Part shown: in pieces, positions 1 to 12,958 of the stretch | Layout of the letters: every line of letters starts with the position of its first letter | How positions within the stretch are numbered: the stretch's first letter is position 1 | DNA from: Oopsacas minuta | Taxonomy: Eukaryota; Animalia; Porifera | NCBI GenBank assembly: GCA_024704765.1 | Contig: JAKMXF010000099.1 | Location: forward strand, 196,432 to 260,431 | Reading direction: 5' to 3' | Length of the DNA stretch: 64,000 nt | Program-made: the position numbers and the translations under genes | Notes under the pieces: model-generated | Told to the model about the DNA's origin: nothing | Database searches by the model: none | Seen by the model: only the letters and a program-made list of their open reading frames with translations

Positions 1-1211
1 TGTAAGGATTTCTGGCTAAGAAGTTTCAAATCTCATCCCTTTGGCTTTCAAACAGCACCTGACCCTATTTTGGAATATATTACAGGCACGAGCAATTTCC
101 TCTTGGTCTAGATCTTTCCAAGCTCGTTTTAGAGCACGCTTAAGTGAAGGAATATCATTGTAAGAACGATTATTAACGATAGTTTCCAATCTCTCCCATA
201 AATAATATTCGCATGGGTTGAGATCCGGACTTGATGGGGGGGCCACTCTTCACGTCCTAAAAACGCCGGTACATTGCTTGATAGCCATTATAGGGTAGAT
301 TTAGCAATGTGTGCCGGCGCACCATCCTGTTGAAATATCCATTTTTCTCCTTTCATAATGGTTGATCCAATATGCCGAACATATTTATCTAATATAAGGT
401 CTTGATAAACTTTTGCATTGATCTTCGTTCCTTCTGGGACGAAAACTAAGGGGGTTTTGCCAATTGAAGATATACCTGCCCAAACCATGACAGATTTAGA
501 ATATTGACTCTTCTGAACTGTTCTGAACTGTTCAGGTATATCCTTCGTGATATTGAATAAATACACGAATTTTTCGAGTTGCATTTTTCATCAATACTGA
601 AAATCTTCTCATCTGAAAACACAATTCTCTTAGGGTTGACAGATTTGAGCCAGGTAAGAAGCTTACGACATCTTTGTACCCTCTTGTGAATAACTGTATC
701 AGTTAGAGACCCAGTCTTAGTTCTCTTGAAGAACTTGTATCCCAGGACTTTAGTAACAATTCGCCGAGTCGATGCATTAGAAATCTTGACCCGGGCAGCG
801 ATTTTTCGATGGGAAAGGGTCGGATGACGAGTCATAGCTGGCGAACTTTCTTCTTGTTCACAGCTGTACAAATAGAGCGCGGACGACCAGATCTTCGCTT
901 ATCTGTAATATTGCCAGTCTCCCTGAAGCGTTTCAAGGTACGCCAGATAAAGGATCTGCCGAATTTCTTTGGATCAAGAGTTTTGAAAATTTGGTTTTGC
1001 TCAACACCACTGAAAAATAATTCTGTAACCGCAACTCTCCTTTGTTCAAGCATGATTTTAGTTGACATGACACTGGTATCAATCTAAGTAGCTATTATTA
1101 CTTAAGTACATATATAGATAATTCAAAAGGATGCTTAGTATAGAAAATTCATTTAAGGGTTAATATGAAATATTGTAATCAATTTTGTTGCAGAACTTTT
1201 GACGCACCCTG
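1..1211 (-). mobile_element. Tc1/mariner transposon (DD37D/E-type, maT-like), frameshifted; 3' end lies outside the window
   Basis: Minus-strand ORF fragments 832-1068 (HTH), 446-871 (VFSDEK), 288-584 (QQDGAPAH) and 16-246 (SSPDLNPCE). TIR reads CAGGGTGCGTCAAAAGTT on the minus strand and ends at 1211, followed by TA. Confidence 0.9.
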
Positions 1212-1399
1212 TAGAAGAGAAATATTACTGATACTTTACTCAATTGGACGACAGAGTTATATCTTCATTTTACAAACACCCAAGCTGCCAAATACACACA
1301 CAAAGTAGTGTTCTTTCTAGTAAGTTGATCCAAATTTACATTTAGCATAGAGTATATACATCCATATTGTAATAATTATAATGATAATCTGTTTAGGCA

Positions 1400-2079
1400 A
1401 TGGAGTACTTAAATTTGATGTTGTGGCAAATATTCCCAGAAAACATCTCTACCTATATCCCTTTATTTGATTCAAGTCCAATCATATCTGTGGTAAATGA
1501 AGAATGGCTTCGTGATAAATGCAAGTTTCTGGGACTGGTGTTTATATCCACCATCAAGCAACCACAAAACCTAGCCAGACTGTCACTCAGTAAATATACA
1601 CCATGGGAAACTGAAAGAATAGTCGGTGATGGGAACTGTCTTTTCCGGTGTATTTCTAAAATATTAATTGGTGACCAGGCAAGTCACTTAGAAATTCGCT
1701 CTGCGATTGCATACTTTATTGCCAGTGAAGGAGTAACTAGAATTGGTTGGTATTTTAAACAGAAATTAACTAATCCTTGTAAATACTTCATGAATGAACA
1801 TCTTGTGTCTCACGAAGGAACTTAGGGTAGCGATGTGGAAATCATAGCATTGTCGAATAATCTTGCCTCGATGTGTATGTTGCAATCAACTGCTATGGAA
1901 ATCAAGGCAACTTAACTCGAGAAGTTCGCTGGAGCTTGTTCAGAGGCTCTAAGAAACCAACAACCGCACTCTACATTTGTAATTATTGTAATCATTATGA
2001 GCCGGTCACTTCTATGATTGAGAGTTCCACACCTACTTATGGCGAAACTTCAGAAGAATCAACAAATATACAAGAATGA
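1400..2079 (+). pseudogene. OTU-family cysteine protease domain relic, probably a transposon passenger domain (Ginger1 or Helitron type)
   Basis: IVGDGNCLFRCIS Cys box; EGT*GSDVEI where the conserved W codon is now TAG at 1823-1825; after a frameshift, YCNHYEPV His box. Confidence 0.8.
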
Positions 2080-4175
2080 AGAAAATACAATTAGTCATTA
2101 TTTTGTGCTAGTATCAGGTGTTTTTGTGTGTTAGTAGAGTAATATCACAAATTGCAAGATTGTATTCTAACCGTGTAATAACAAGTTAAAATTTGTTCAT
2201 TCCAGTATAACCTTCACTAATGTAAACGTCAGAAACCATCAAAATTCCTTTATCTTATCCGAAGTTTGTATTAACCATTGTGAAATCAGTTGGAAAGAAT
2301 TGAAAGACCAAATTTTGGAAAATTACTTGCTTGCTTAACCAGGAGATTCGTATTGACCGCGTTTGTAATAATAATTAATGAGGTTTCACTATACACGTTT
2401 GTGTTGTCAAAACAAGTATATTTTCAAGTCATAATTGAAATACGTAACTACTATTAATAAAAGAAAACCGCATGATTACAACTACATATTCTGTATATAG
2501 TTTCTCCCTCTGTTACCGTGCCTCAATATTCTACAGTAGATATTCATCAATGGTCTATGTATACAGTGCCTCACTAATCTATGCAACAGCTCTCTTGAAT
2601 ATGGTCTCTGTTCGTCCGACCTTATTTGCTTTGACCTTTAATTGGATTAATTCATGTATCAAATTTTATATTGATCCTATCCTGTAGATATCCCAAAATT
2701 ACCAGACAATTCGCCCCCTCTTGAGAAAGAATACTCAGCTTCCTTTCCCAATTCTTTCAAACGTTCTTCTGGCCGTAAAACTATCGATCCTTACTCCTCT
2801 GATGAGTCCAGACTTTTCCCATTTATTATTATTATTGCTCTTTTCATACCAATCTTAATATTTTTATGTAGATTATAACTGTCTGTAAATTTTGTTATTC
2901 CAGATATTTTGGCGCTCAAATACATAGACACAGGGTGCATTATTCTCCACTTTGCTTGAAAAGACATCGCTTTCTCCCTTTGTTTTATTCATATGGTATT
3001 GATTCATCTTATATTCTTTGAATCGGATCTAAGTAAATTTACTGTTCTCGCTGTTAATCTTTGTAAAATTGCTGGTTTTCAGTATCTGGTGTCCGGTTTT
3101 ATACAAATTTGGATAATTATTAACTTATTTTAACGATTGAGATCTGTGGTAGTTCTATTGTGGCTATTAATAATTTTTGATAGCCAATCGTGTACTGTTT
3201 TCAATATTGCTGAACATAGTTGAATCAGGGGCTAGTCTATATATAACACTATCTTCTATATAGTTTAGAATAAACGAGCTGCTTACGAATAGTATTATTA
3301 GCTACGATAAAATCATCCTTATGCTACTCAAATCCAAGTTTTCAGATCTCTATCCCCCAAATAACTACATTATTTGGGAAATTGGGAGGAACATCGCATG
3401 TGTAGCACTGAAACCCACGCCCTTCACAGAGGTTAATAGAAGTAGCGCTAAATCTATTGGGATCCCATTCTAATAATAGATGAAGAATCAAGACTGTAAT
3501 GAGAGCATAAACAAATTCCGTGACATTTATTTTCAACCCACAACGGTAAATCATACACTCTAATAGACACGTATTGTCCAAGAATTGTGGTAATTCTACT
3601 CGGAAGGTAATGTCAACATTGAACCAATGTAAATACATGGATATACCTCTCACGAAAGTCACTTCAGTAATAATTTGACTCAATTCTATTCATCAGGTTT
3701 AGACGAAAGGGTTACCATGGTTCAGATAGATTTAGGTCCGGTTTTAAATTTAACATATATAAACATCAGTGTACACATGAAGACCAACATGTTGGTTGTG
3801 TCCACTGGATTATACTGGTGTGCACGCCGCTGTATTTTATAATACCTCATTATATTCCATTCTTATCCTTTGTAGTGAAATAATTTTCTATACAACCAAT
3901 ACACATTTTACTTTTGTAATGATAGATAACTGAATAGTAAGGAATATCGACCCTCGATTTAGGGTCTATTACTGGGCTTCCAACCCCAAATGGCTAGAAT
4001 TTTGAGGTTAGCCTACTTTCCTGAAGAGAGTAATAAAAGCTGGATTGTTATTATAGCATATTTTAACTTCTATCTGCCTGAACTTTAACTAGAGAAAGTT
4101 TCTTTAGGTAGAAGATAGGATGCATTACAATATACTTATTTTATTCGACTTTATCTAACATCACATCCTTTACAA

Positions 4176-6525
4176 CAGTGTTTCCCAACATTTACCAATT
4201 TACGCCTCCTTATAGACTTAATATTTACAGAACGCTCCCTATTTAACACTTTATTGAATCAGTTTTTAATTACTGACTATATAGAAATATTAAAGGTAGA
4301 CTGATAGAGTATCTAGGGACTAATCTAAGTATCAGTATACGTTGGAACATGTGATCCTTGACTTTGGTGGCTCTTTGCTAGTTTTACTACATCCGGTTCT
4401 AACTGTGTCAGAAAGAGTCTCAAGTCGCCTCTGGCTGCTATTTCCAGTCGATTTCTTTATTTTGTAAGCAGATTAACTACTGTGTTGAATCCCTTTTCGA
4501 CAAGATATGATGATGGAAATACAACAAACATTAATTTTGCAGTTTGAAAAATATGGGGATAGCGTTCAGAGACTTCCTTCTTCATCCAGAATGCTCTATA
4601 TCCATATTGGGTGAATATGGCATTGCATTCGATATCATTCTGCAAATCGATGAATTCTTCTTGAAATTGTGGATCCAAAGTTTCTATATTTGTTCTAAAT
4701 GGATTTATCACAAAATTAGGGATAACTAATTGGGTTAAATCTTTGAATCGAATCAACAAATCTTCGCTAAGGGAATCAACATGTGAACAGTAAATATGAA
4801 TGTTGATCTGTAATGATGTTATTATTTGCCATATCCAGTTCACTTAAACAGAGTAACTGCCCAAATTCACGATGCGCAATATTTTGTCGGAACAAGGTTA
4901 GTTTACTTAAGAATGATAGAACAACGCCCTTCGCTTGAATAAGAGTAGTATTATTCCCTTGTAGCTGCTTATTCACTATATTCAGTTTCTCGAATATGTC
5001 AACAAAGTAAGCCACATCAGTCCTTATCATTTTAACCTTTTCTGCCAGAGTTGAATCGTATTCTTCTAGGAACTCTACTGTAAGATCAAACAGTTGATGG
5101 AATCGTTTCAAACAATTACCTTTAGAAAGCCACCTAACTTCAGTATGGAGAAGGAGGCGTTTGTAATCTTCATCATTGTTTTCACAAAGTTGCTGAAAGA
5201 TGCGATCATTCAGTGAGTTCTTTTTGATTTTGTCCGTAGCCTTAATCACGATTTGCAAAGACTGGTGAAGATTAGGTGTTAGGTGCTTGGCGATCAAATG
5301 TTGACGATGTATGACACAATGAATAGAGAAAACCTTTGGCACAGCTCGTTTCAGATGAGCTATGAAACCACGATGACGTCCAATCATTGAAGGTGCTCCA
5401 TCAGTAGCACACGCAATAGTATTTCCCATTGGTATGTTCTTCTCTTCACAAAATTGCTTTATCACCATAAATATTATCTCACCTTTAGTATCTGTTTCTA
5501 GTGGCTTAGAGAAGAGCATTTCTTCTTTTGATACACCATTGTGAATATATCGTACATATGCCATAAGTAAAGCTTCATTGTCACGTAAGGTTGACTCATC
5601 AAGCTGCAAAGCGAATTCCGTTGTTTGTAAACTTTACACAACTGTTGTTCAACATCTATAGCCAATTCTTCGATCCTCCTCGAAACTGAGTTATTACTTA
5701 AGGGAATCGATCTAACTACACTAGGCGCATCTTGATGCATGACAGTAGATATAACCTTTCTTATAGCTGGAAGGATGAGCTTTTCACCTATTGTATGAGG
5801 CTTTCCACATTTGGTGATTTAAAGAGATATATTGCAAGAAGCAACAAGACCATCGTCATATTTAGTAGTAATTTTGTTAATCATTCCATCTATGGAACTA
5901 CTATTTGTAAACGGCTTGCTTCAAGTCTGGAAATATTTGAGATCCTCGTCTTTCTTATCAGGGTGTTTCTTCGTCAAATGGCCGCCCATACGTGAAGGTT
6001 TCATGCCCTTATTAGAGAACACTTGATTGCAGAGTAAACAAAAGGGTAATTGTTGGTTAGTAGGGGAAGCGATGAAACCAAATTTCAGATAATCTATGAG
6101 TATTGACGGAATTTTCTTGGGATTTCAGCCATGATTGGATATGCAAGAAAAATCATGTCTATTATTGAGGTAATTAATGAAATAACATAGTATGATCACT
6201 TTTTATAACTTCTTTGTAAAGAAGCCGTCTGAACTGTTAATCCAAAACAAAGAAACAATACCATTGAAAGCATTAATTGATTGTAAATGGTGAATACTTG
6301 GCTCTTCTTGTGGGCACCGTTTTAGAATTGTCATTATGGATGAAGTGCACAACATATTAATGATACAATAGTATTTCGAAAACTTTACAGATGTTAGAAT
6401 AAATCTTCATCCAACGGCTCATTATCTTGTCAGCGGCCCCCACAGCGCCCCCTTCCTCCATAGCGCCTCCTGAGGCAAAGCAAACGCCGCCCGGGAGGCG
6501 TTTAAGCCCCCGTTGGGAACCACTG
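4176..6525 (-). mobile_element. hAT Buster-type (SCAND3/ZBED5/ZBED8-like) transposon, full length, degenerate ORF about 6132-4330
   Basis: TIRs CAGTGTTTCCCAAC and GTTGGGAACCACTG; 8-bp TSD ctttacaa/ctttacat (7/8, central TA); motifs QLDEST, TDGAPSM, HCVIHR, LLLHTEVRWLSKG, PSSYLVEKGF. Confidence 0.95.
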
Positions 6526-6582
6526 CTTTACATGATGTAATTATTGTATGATTAATAAAAAGTGAGTATAACATAACAACTA

Positions 6583-7372
6583 GGCGCTAGCAATTGGTCG
6601 ACTTTTGCAGGTTTGCAATTGCTCGACTATTTTGGGGTTACAAATCGGTCGACTATTTCATTTGACATTTCGTGGATTTCTCAATAGAACCTACACTGTT
6701 GATTGAATTTAGCTTTACTAGGAGACGCAGGAATTTGACCCAAAATACTATTGGTAGAGAAATTCGACCCAAATACAATTGGGAGAATGAATTTGCAATT
6801 GGTTTTCAAATAATTAATCCAACAAAAGGCCATCCAAAATCAAAATTAATATCGACTCCACATCCCCGCCCCTAGATAGCTTAATAACGAGTACAAATGA
6901 AAATTCCCAGAACAATTTAGGAAGTGAATTAAATCCCTAAACCCCTCTCAATGGTAAAGGGTTTCTAATTAATACAATATACACTGTCCTATCACGTCCT
7001 CTTTTCTATAAAGCCATCTATATAAATCCATTAAGAAAACAAATCGGTTTATTAAACTTATTTAATTAATCGTTGTAAACCATGCTCTCCCCAGCTAATA
7101 TTTGGTCAAATTCCTAATCCCTATTATATTTTGTTTCAAATTCCTACTTCAGATTTGGGTAAATCCCGACATCAGTTTTGGGCTAAATTCCGATTTCGGT
7201 TTTGAGTAATATATATTCGTATTTATACAAAAGAAAGGATCCTCAGTGTATATTTCACAGCTTGAATATGTAGTCTCATACTAGATGAAACCTACAAAAG
7301 TCAACCTATCGCAAACAATAGAATAGTCGACCAATTGCAAAACTACAAAATTCGACCAATTACAGATTCCCC
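6583..7372. mobile_element. Non-autonomous MULE-like MITE
   Basis: About 50-bp imperfect TIRs built from CAATTGGTCGA units, G...C termini, and a 10-bp flanking duplication ataacaacta/ataacaacaa. Confidence 0.75.
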
Positions 7373-7856
7373 ATAACAACAAATATAGTAAGGACATGGT
7401 ATCATCCATGTTTTTACCGTTTTAGGGTTATATGCCAATAACTGGATTCTGATTTTAGAGACTTAGCCAACTTTTCGTACCCCCATAATTTTTGCTGAAT
7501 ATTTTGCGTTTTAGACATGTACCATCCGTCTGGATACTTCCTTGATTGAGAATCTTCGTAATGGTATTAAGCTAGCACAATATTAACGCCATTAAGACAA
7601 TTTATGATCTAGAATTTTCAATTATAAACATGATAATTTAATATATGTAATATCTTTGGTGTGGAATTATGATTTACAAAAATAGTCCCCCTAAAATTGG
7701 TCTGGGAAAACAGTTTTCTACCATATCCATGATGTTAAGAAATCTCAAATCACCATCTGTTCCGATTTACATTTAGCCGAAATAATCTAGTAGATTTTTG
7801 AAACTATATTATTATATTTAATATCTATTTATAAAGAAATTTTCAATTTTTATATA

Positions 7857-8763
7857 CAGTTAAGGGACAAAAGTATTCGACCACATAAATATATTGTCAT
7901 AAATTGTGCACTCCTTCCCGCCCCTATAAATTGTGTAGTCTATATTCGTATCTGCAATCTAGTAAATTGCATAGAGTAACATATGTTTTTCAAGAATTTC
8001 AAAAAAATATTTTCGATTTACACTTTTTGAAGGTGTTAATTATTAATAATTATTAGATTATTATTGATGATCAAAATATGTGGTAATTCAAAACCTATTA
8101 AGAATCTATAGTTTCTGACTTGATATTTGAATTCTACATAGGCGAGTTACCCCAGAATGAAATTTCCAATGGGATTGAACAATTTTTACCAAAGTTATAG
8201 AAGAATTTCAATTTGTGCCACTTTTTGAAAAAAGTGGCACAGGTGGCAGGAATAAGCGCCACTACAAGGAAATCAACTAGGGTTAGGAGGTATAAGTCAA
8301 AGTTGTATTTTCGAATGATATGACTATGCTAACCCTTGAATTATAAAATAATCTCTTGGTAGCGGCCACTTGTGCCACCTTGGGCAAAAGGTGGCACAAA
8401 TGACACAAATTGAAATTCTTCTATAACTTTGGTAAAAATTGTTCAATCCCATTGGAAATTTCATTCTGGGGTAACTCGCCTATGTAGAATTCAAATATCA
8501 AGTCAGAAACTATAGATTCTTAATAGGTTTTGAATTACCACTTATTTTGATCATCAATAATAATCTAATAATTATTAATAATTAACACCTTCAAAATGTG
8601 TAAATCGAAAATATTTTTTGAAATTCTTGAAAAACATATGTTACTCTATGCAATTTACTAGATTGCAGATACGAATATAGACTACACAATATATAGGAGC
8701 GGGAAAGAGTATACATTTTATGACAATATAATTGTGTGGTCGAATACTTTTGTCCCTTGACTG
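7857..8763. mobile_element. Foldback MITE (Tc1/mariner-derived), about 365-bp near-perfect arms
   Basis: 7857-~8220 is the reverse complement of ~8401-8763; termini CAGT(T/C)AAGGGACAAAAGTATTCGACCAC; TA on both sides; no ORF. Confidence 0.92.
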
Positions 8764-8989
8764 TATAATTGAGTTTAACGTTGAGAATTTCAGAATGGCT
8801 TGTTTACCCCTAAATAGCAGTTAGGAGCTAATCTCTAGAAAAATTTGAAACATTTATAATAAGGTGCTAAATAAAATTAATCATATGCTTAATAAGTGTA
8901 TATACACTCTAAGAGTTTAAGGACCAATATATTTACTGTTACTATCGATACAAATACATTACAGCATTAATAATTGCCAATTTTATGAA

Positions 8990-9210
8990 TTTATGCCTAA
9001 ATGTTAATCTAATAGTGTCAAATTTGATTGAGCATTTTCGATATATTTAGTCAAGTTGTATTGAATACTGTTTACGTTCTCGTAAACACGAAAATAGATT
9101 TTGTGCTACATCCCAGAATTGAGAAATTCGTATTCAAAATAGTTTACTCTCATCTAAACAGACAAGACAAGCAAACCGGCAAACAACAATTGCAACTTGA
9201 TAATATAGAT
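8990..9210. repeat. Interspersed non-autonomous repeat, possibly Helentron/HINE-like; related to copies at ~15250-15495 and ~44050-44290
   Basis: ACAGACAA-type microsatellite followed by a TAATATAGAT end. Similarity to the other two copies is looser than their similarity to each other. Confidence 0.35.
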
Positions 9211-9389
9211 TGTGTCCAACTCTTCTTCTGAAGAGCTGACGAAATAATAGAAGAGGGATTCGTAACAGCTGCCAATATAGAATGATAGTAGCACAGATGT
9301 AATATATCCAGATATTAATTGTACTATTAATGTAGTTTCTTAGCTGTTTTGATTTGAAATAAGGAAATTTTAAATGATGTCATAATGCT

Positions 9390-9720
9390 CCATGTCATTT
9401 ACTTGGCTGGAAATGAAGATAATTTTTGCATAAGAGTAAACCATATATCCCTCATTACAATGGAAGTTGAATTGGGAATTCAAAAGTGGAATTCCTGAAG
9501 TTTAGCAAGCCACATCCTCTGTTTATCAATTTGGTGAGTTTGTATTAAGAGACGGCAGTTTGGATATACTCATTCAAAGAAATTCAAGTAATCAAGAGCA
9601 ATTAGGCCATCATAATGTAAGCTGCGTAACGTGATGAAATTGTTGATTGAACATATTTGCTAATGCTATCGCGTGACAATGTCCATCAGCGGTCAAAAAT
9701 TGGCACTTAAGTAGAAATAG
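9390..9720 (+). pseudogene. Possible MULE transposase C-terminal relic
   Basis: Degenerate WNS...HPSVYQF-like signature across frameshifts. Confidence 0.3.
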
Positions 9721-9727
9721 CCATGTA

Positions 9728-10036
9728 CAGTCGAACCTCCAAGATACGGGCACCTCCCTCAACGGGGCACCCTTATCTTAAATCAGTCCCAAAGAATTTC
9801 ACCATTTCTTATAATTCTCCTCATACTAACGTTGACTTCAGTTACTATATTTCATATTGGATTACGTTTGCATACAGTATGTAAACTTAATACAGAATTC
9901 GACTACCTAAGAGAACTCATATGTACATTATGGGTTGTAACTACCATAGAGTTAATGATATTCCCGAGATCCGGGCAAATTCTAAGGTCCGGGCACCCTC
10001 CGGTCCCACACTGCCCGGATCTCGGAGGTTCTACTA
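9728..10036. mobile_element. Tigger/pogo-type MITE
   Basis: TIR CAGTCGAACCTCCAAGATACGGGCA versus reverse complement TAGTAGAACCTCCGAGATCCGGGCA; TA flanks. Confidence 0.8.
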
Positions 10037-10289
10037 TATATATGCTACAGATATGAAACTTTTCTGATATATATATATTGGATGGTAGAACAATAGGCGT
10101 GACGTTAGGGGTGGTGGCCTATAGGGCGCTACCCAGGTATTGCGATAATCTTTGAGCCTAACTGCTTCGAACAAAAAAGTAATTCATTCAAATATAAATA
10201 AAACCCCCCAAGATGTCACATATTAGTCATTAGTTGCTTTCAGTATTCTACAGTCTCTCAGAAATTCAATGTTATAACTGTCTGATATA

Positions 10290-11642
10290 CAGTAGGCAGA
10301 CAAAACTATTTGGACCAATGATTATTAGTTGTGTTTCTACAAGCACAATACTTAAAAAGGATAATATAAGAAATGGTTATGGTTAGGTTAATTTCAGTTT
10401 TGTAATGTTCAATTTCAATATTTTGTAGAGTATCCTTTCATTTTTCGGATCTCCTTCACCCGTTTCCGCCGTGTGTGGTATAAGCTGCGAATTTCCTTCA
10501 AAAAGATGCCCACTCGGCGATGATCGATCCCTTTAGTTCGGATAACGATGGTATATTTTCTTTGTTCATCCGACCTTTCGCATCAATATTTCCCAAATGT
10601 GTTCTATAACGTTTTGATCGCGGATTGTGGAGGCCAATCCAGAGTTTTGATCTTTTTCCGATGAAACCAATTCATTACACATTTGGCCTTGTGGCAGGGC
10701 GCATTGTCCTGCATGAAAATTGGCCTCCGTGTTTTCTTCTTGAACTTGTTCCAGAAAACTTGGTGGAATCGTTCTAGAATAACAGAAATATACGCATTGG
10801 CATTCAAGGAATTAGTTACTTCGATTAGTGGCCCTTTGTCCTTATAGGATGTGCAACCCCAAAACATGATATTTCCTCCTCCTCCCTGAATCGTTTTCTT
10901 CGTACAACTTGGTAAAAATATCTCACCCTTTTGCCTCCAAATTCTAGCTCAACTGTTAGTAATTCGATTGAGTTTTGATTCATCACTAAAGATAACATTT
11001 TTCCAATGTTTTAGACCCCAAGATTTATATTTATGATAATATGCTAACCTTTTTTCGATTTATTGCACTGATCATAGGTTTTTTGCAAGTAGCTCGAGCT
11101 CTGAATCCCATGCTTTGCATCTTGCGGCTTATAGTCTTCATTGATAGAAGATCATCTCTATTTAGATTGAAAAGAGCAATAATCCGCTTTAGAGGTGGTG
11201 ATCTATTAGCCCTACGATCTTTTTTAAATATCTCAAATCCCTATCTGATATATGGGTGGGACGGCTACTCCTCTTTAGATTTGTGGTTGTTCCAAGTCTC
11301 CGCCACTTACTCGCAATATAGGAAACAGTTGAGTGCGGAATGCATAACATTCTTGGGATTTCGCGAATGCCATGCTTGCCAACGAGTAAACCAATTATTC
11401 TTTCACGTGAACCCAAAGGAACCTCTCGAGTTTTAGGCATAAGTAGAATCTAAACACAGGCTAAAATCTAAAGATTTAAAGGTCAAATTGGATAATATCT
11501 CACTATCTAATTCAATTTAGATTTTAAGCCTATACCGAATATTCTTGGGAGGTCATTTTGATGTATACGTAGATAAACATATTAGTATAAATCATATACT
11601 ACGCAACGCAGGTAGTGTCCAAATACTTTTGTCTGCCTACTG
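10290..11642 (-). mobile_element. Tc1 (DD34E) transposon, full length, degenerate
   Basis: 26-bp TIRs CAGTAGGCAGACAAAA(C/G)TATTTGGAC; TA TSD; ORF pieces 11189-11440 (HTH) and 10604-10867 (MFWGC, MQDNAPCH, WPPQS). Confidence 0.95.
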
Positions 11643-11648
11643 TATATA

Positions 11649-12958
11649 CAAGGGTTGTTCAATAAATAATGTGACTTTTTTTCATAATTCATACAGTAAA
11701 CCTATACTTATCACAATTGATTATCAAATGTTTCGATAAATTCCACCTTTAACTTTCTACATCGTTTCCATCGTTCTGTTGACTTTTCCAGCAGTGGTAT
11801 AGAAATCTTTGAGGGTTCTTTTTTCTCACTGTTCTATTCCATACTCCAGCCGTTTGAAATCCTCAAATCTCTTCCCTCGAAGGGGTCTCTTCATTCTCCA
11901 AACAGCCAGTAGTCGCTGGGAGCCAGGTCTGGACTATACGGGGGATGAGCGAGGCATTCGAATCCTAAGTCGTCAATTGCAGCCATTGTCTTGGAGCTTA
12001 CATGGGCCCTTGCGTTGTCATGGTGCAGCAATACGCCACGTGTCAACTTGCCTCGCCTCCCACGTTTAATCACTTGACGCAATTCTTTCAATTCCTCAAC
12101 GTAATAATCACTGTTTATGGTTTTCTTCTCAGGCAACCAGTCGAGGTGTATAATTCCTCCCCTATCCCAAAATACTGTTTCCATTCTCTTCCCTGCTGAT
12201 TTTTTGATCTTTACCTTGATGGGTACAGGTTCATCACGTCTCTTCCACTGCTTTGATTAAGGTTTGTTCACTGGGTAATAATAATGAAACCAAGTTTAAT
12301 CCCTCGTACTATACGATCCAAAAAGTCTTCCTCTGCCTTGTATCTTGAAAGTAATTCTTTGCTAACTCTGACCCTTTCGCGTTTTTGTTCTTTTGAAAGA
12401 AGTTTTGGGACCCAACGCGCAGTTACCTTCGACATTTCCAGATCTTCAGTGATAATCGAGTGTAGTGTGGCTTTTGATATACCTCCTCTCTCTTCTAACT
12501 CTTGCAGTGTTATTCATCTGTCCTCGTCCAAAATTGTTTGGACCTTCTCGATATTACTGCGGGTTTTTGAGGAACTCGGACGACCTAGACCAGGGTCATC
12601 GTGGAGTTCCTCGTCGCCACTATCAAAACGTTCGATCCATCTATATATCGTGACTTTCGAAGGACATTCATCTCCGAGAATATCTTACATTTCACGAAGA
12701 ATGTATGACCCAGTCTTCCCCTTTTCCACAGGTACCAAATTATTTGTCGTTTTCCTTTTTTGCTAAAATCCATTTGTTGAAAAATGTAGCCTATACAAAT
12801 GAAACTTTATACTGAAGAATCTACTAGTAGAGTAAAAGAGTATTTGTATCGAAGTTAGACAATCAAGTTAGGCTTATAATCTGATATGATGCTTAGAGCT
12901 GTATTAATTAGGTTATGAATTCGATGCATTAGTATCATTACTTTTTGAGCAAACCTTG
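11649..12958 (-). mobile_element. mariner (DD34D) transposon, full length, degenerate
   Basis: Imperfect 28-bp TIRs CAAGG(G/T)TTG.TCAA.AA.TAATG; TA TSD; motifs ARWVPK, HHDNARAH, PPYSPDLAPSDY. Confidence 0.95.

Noticed and set aside
3342-3683. 113-aa minus-strand ORF and neighbouring 2470-3200 ORFs
   Set aside because: No ATG start for the 113-aa ORF and no recognisable motif in any frame.
6590-6790. Repeated GTCGAC-containing units as a CRISPR-like array
   Set aside because: Irregular spacing, eukaryotic context and no cas genes; explained as MITE subterminal repeats.
12284-12766. Long antisense ORFs (also 17087-17437, 48433-48714, 53937-54233, 56608-56949)
   Set aside because: These are shadow frames opposite transposase coding sequence.
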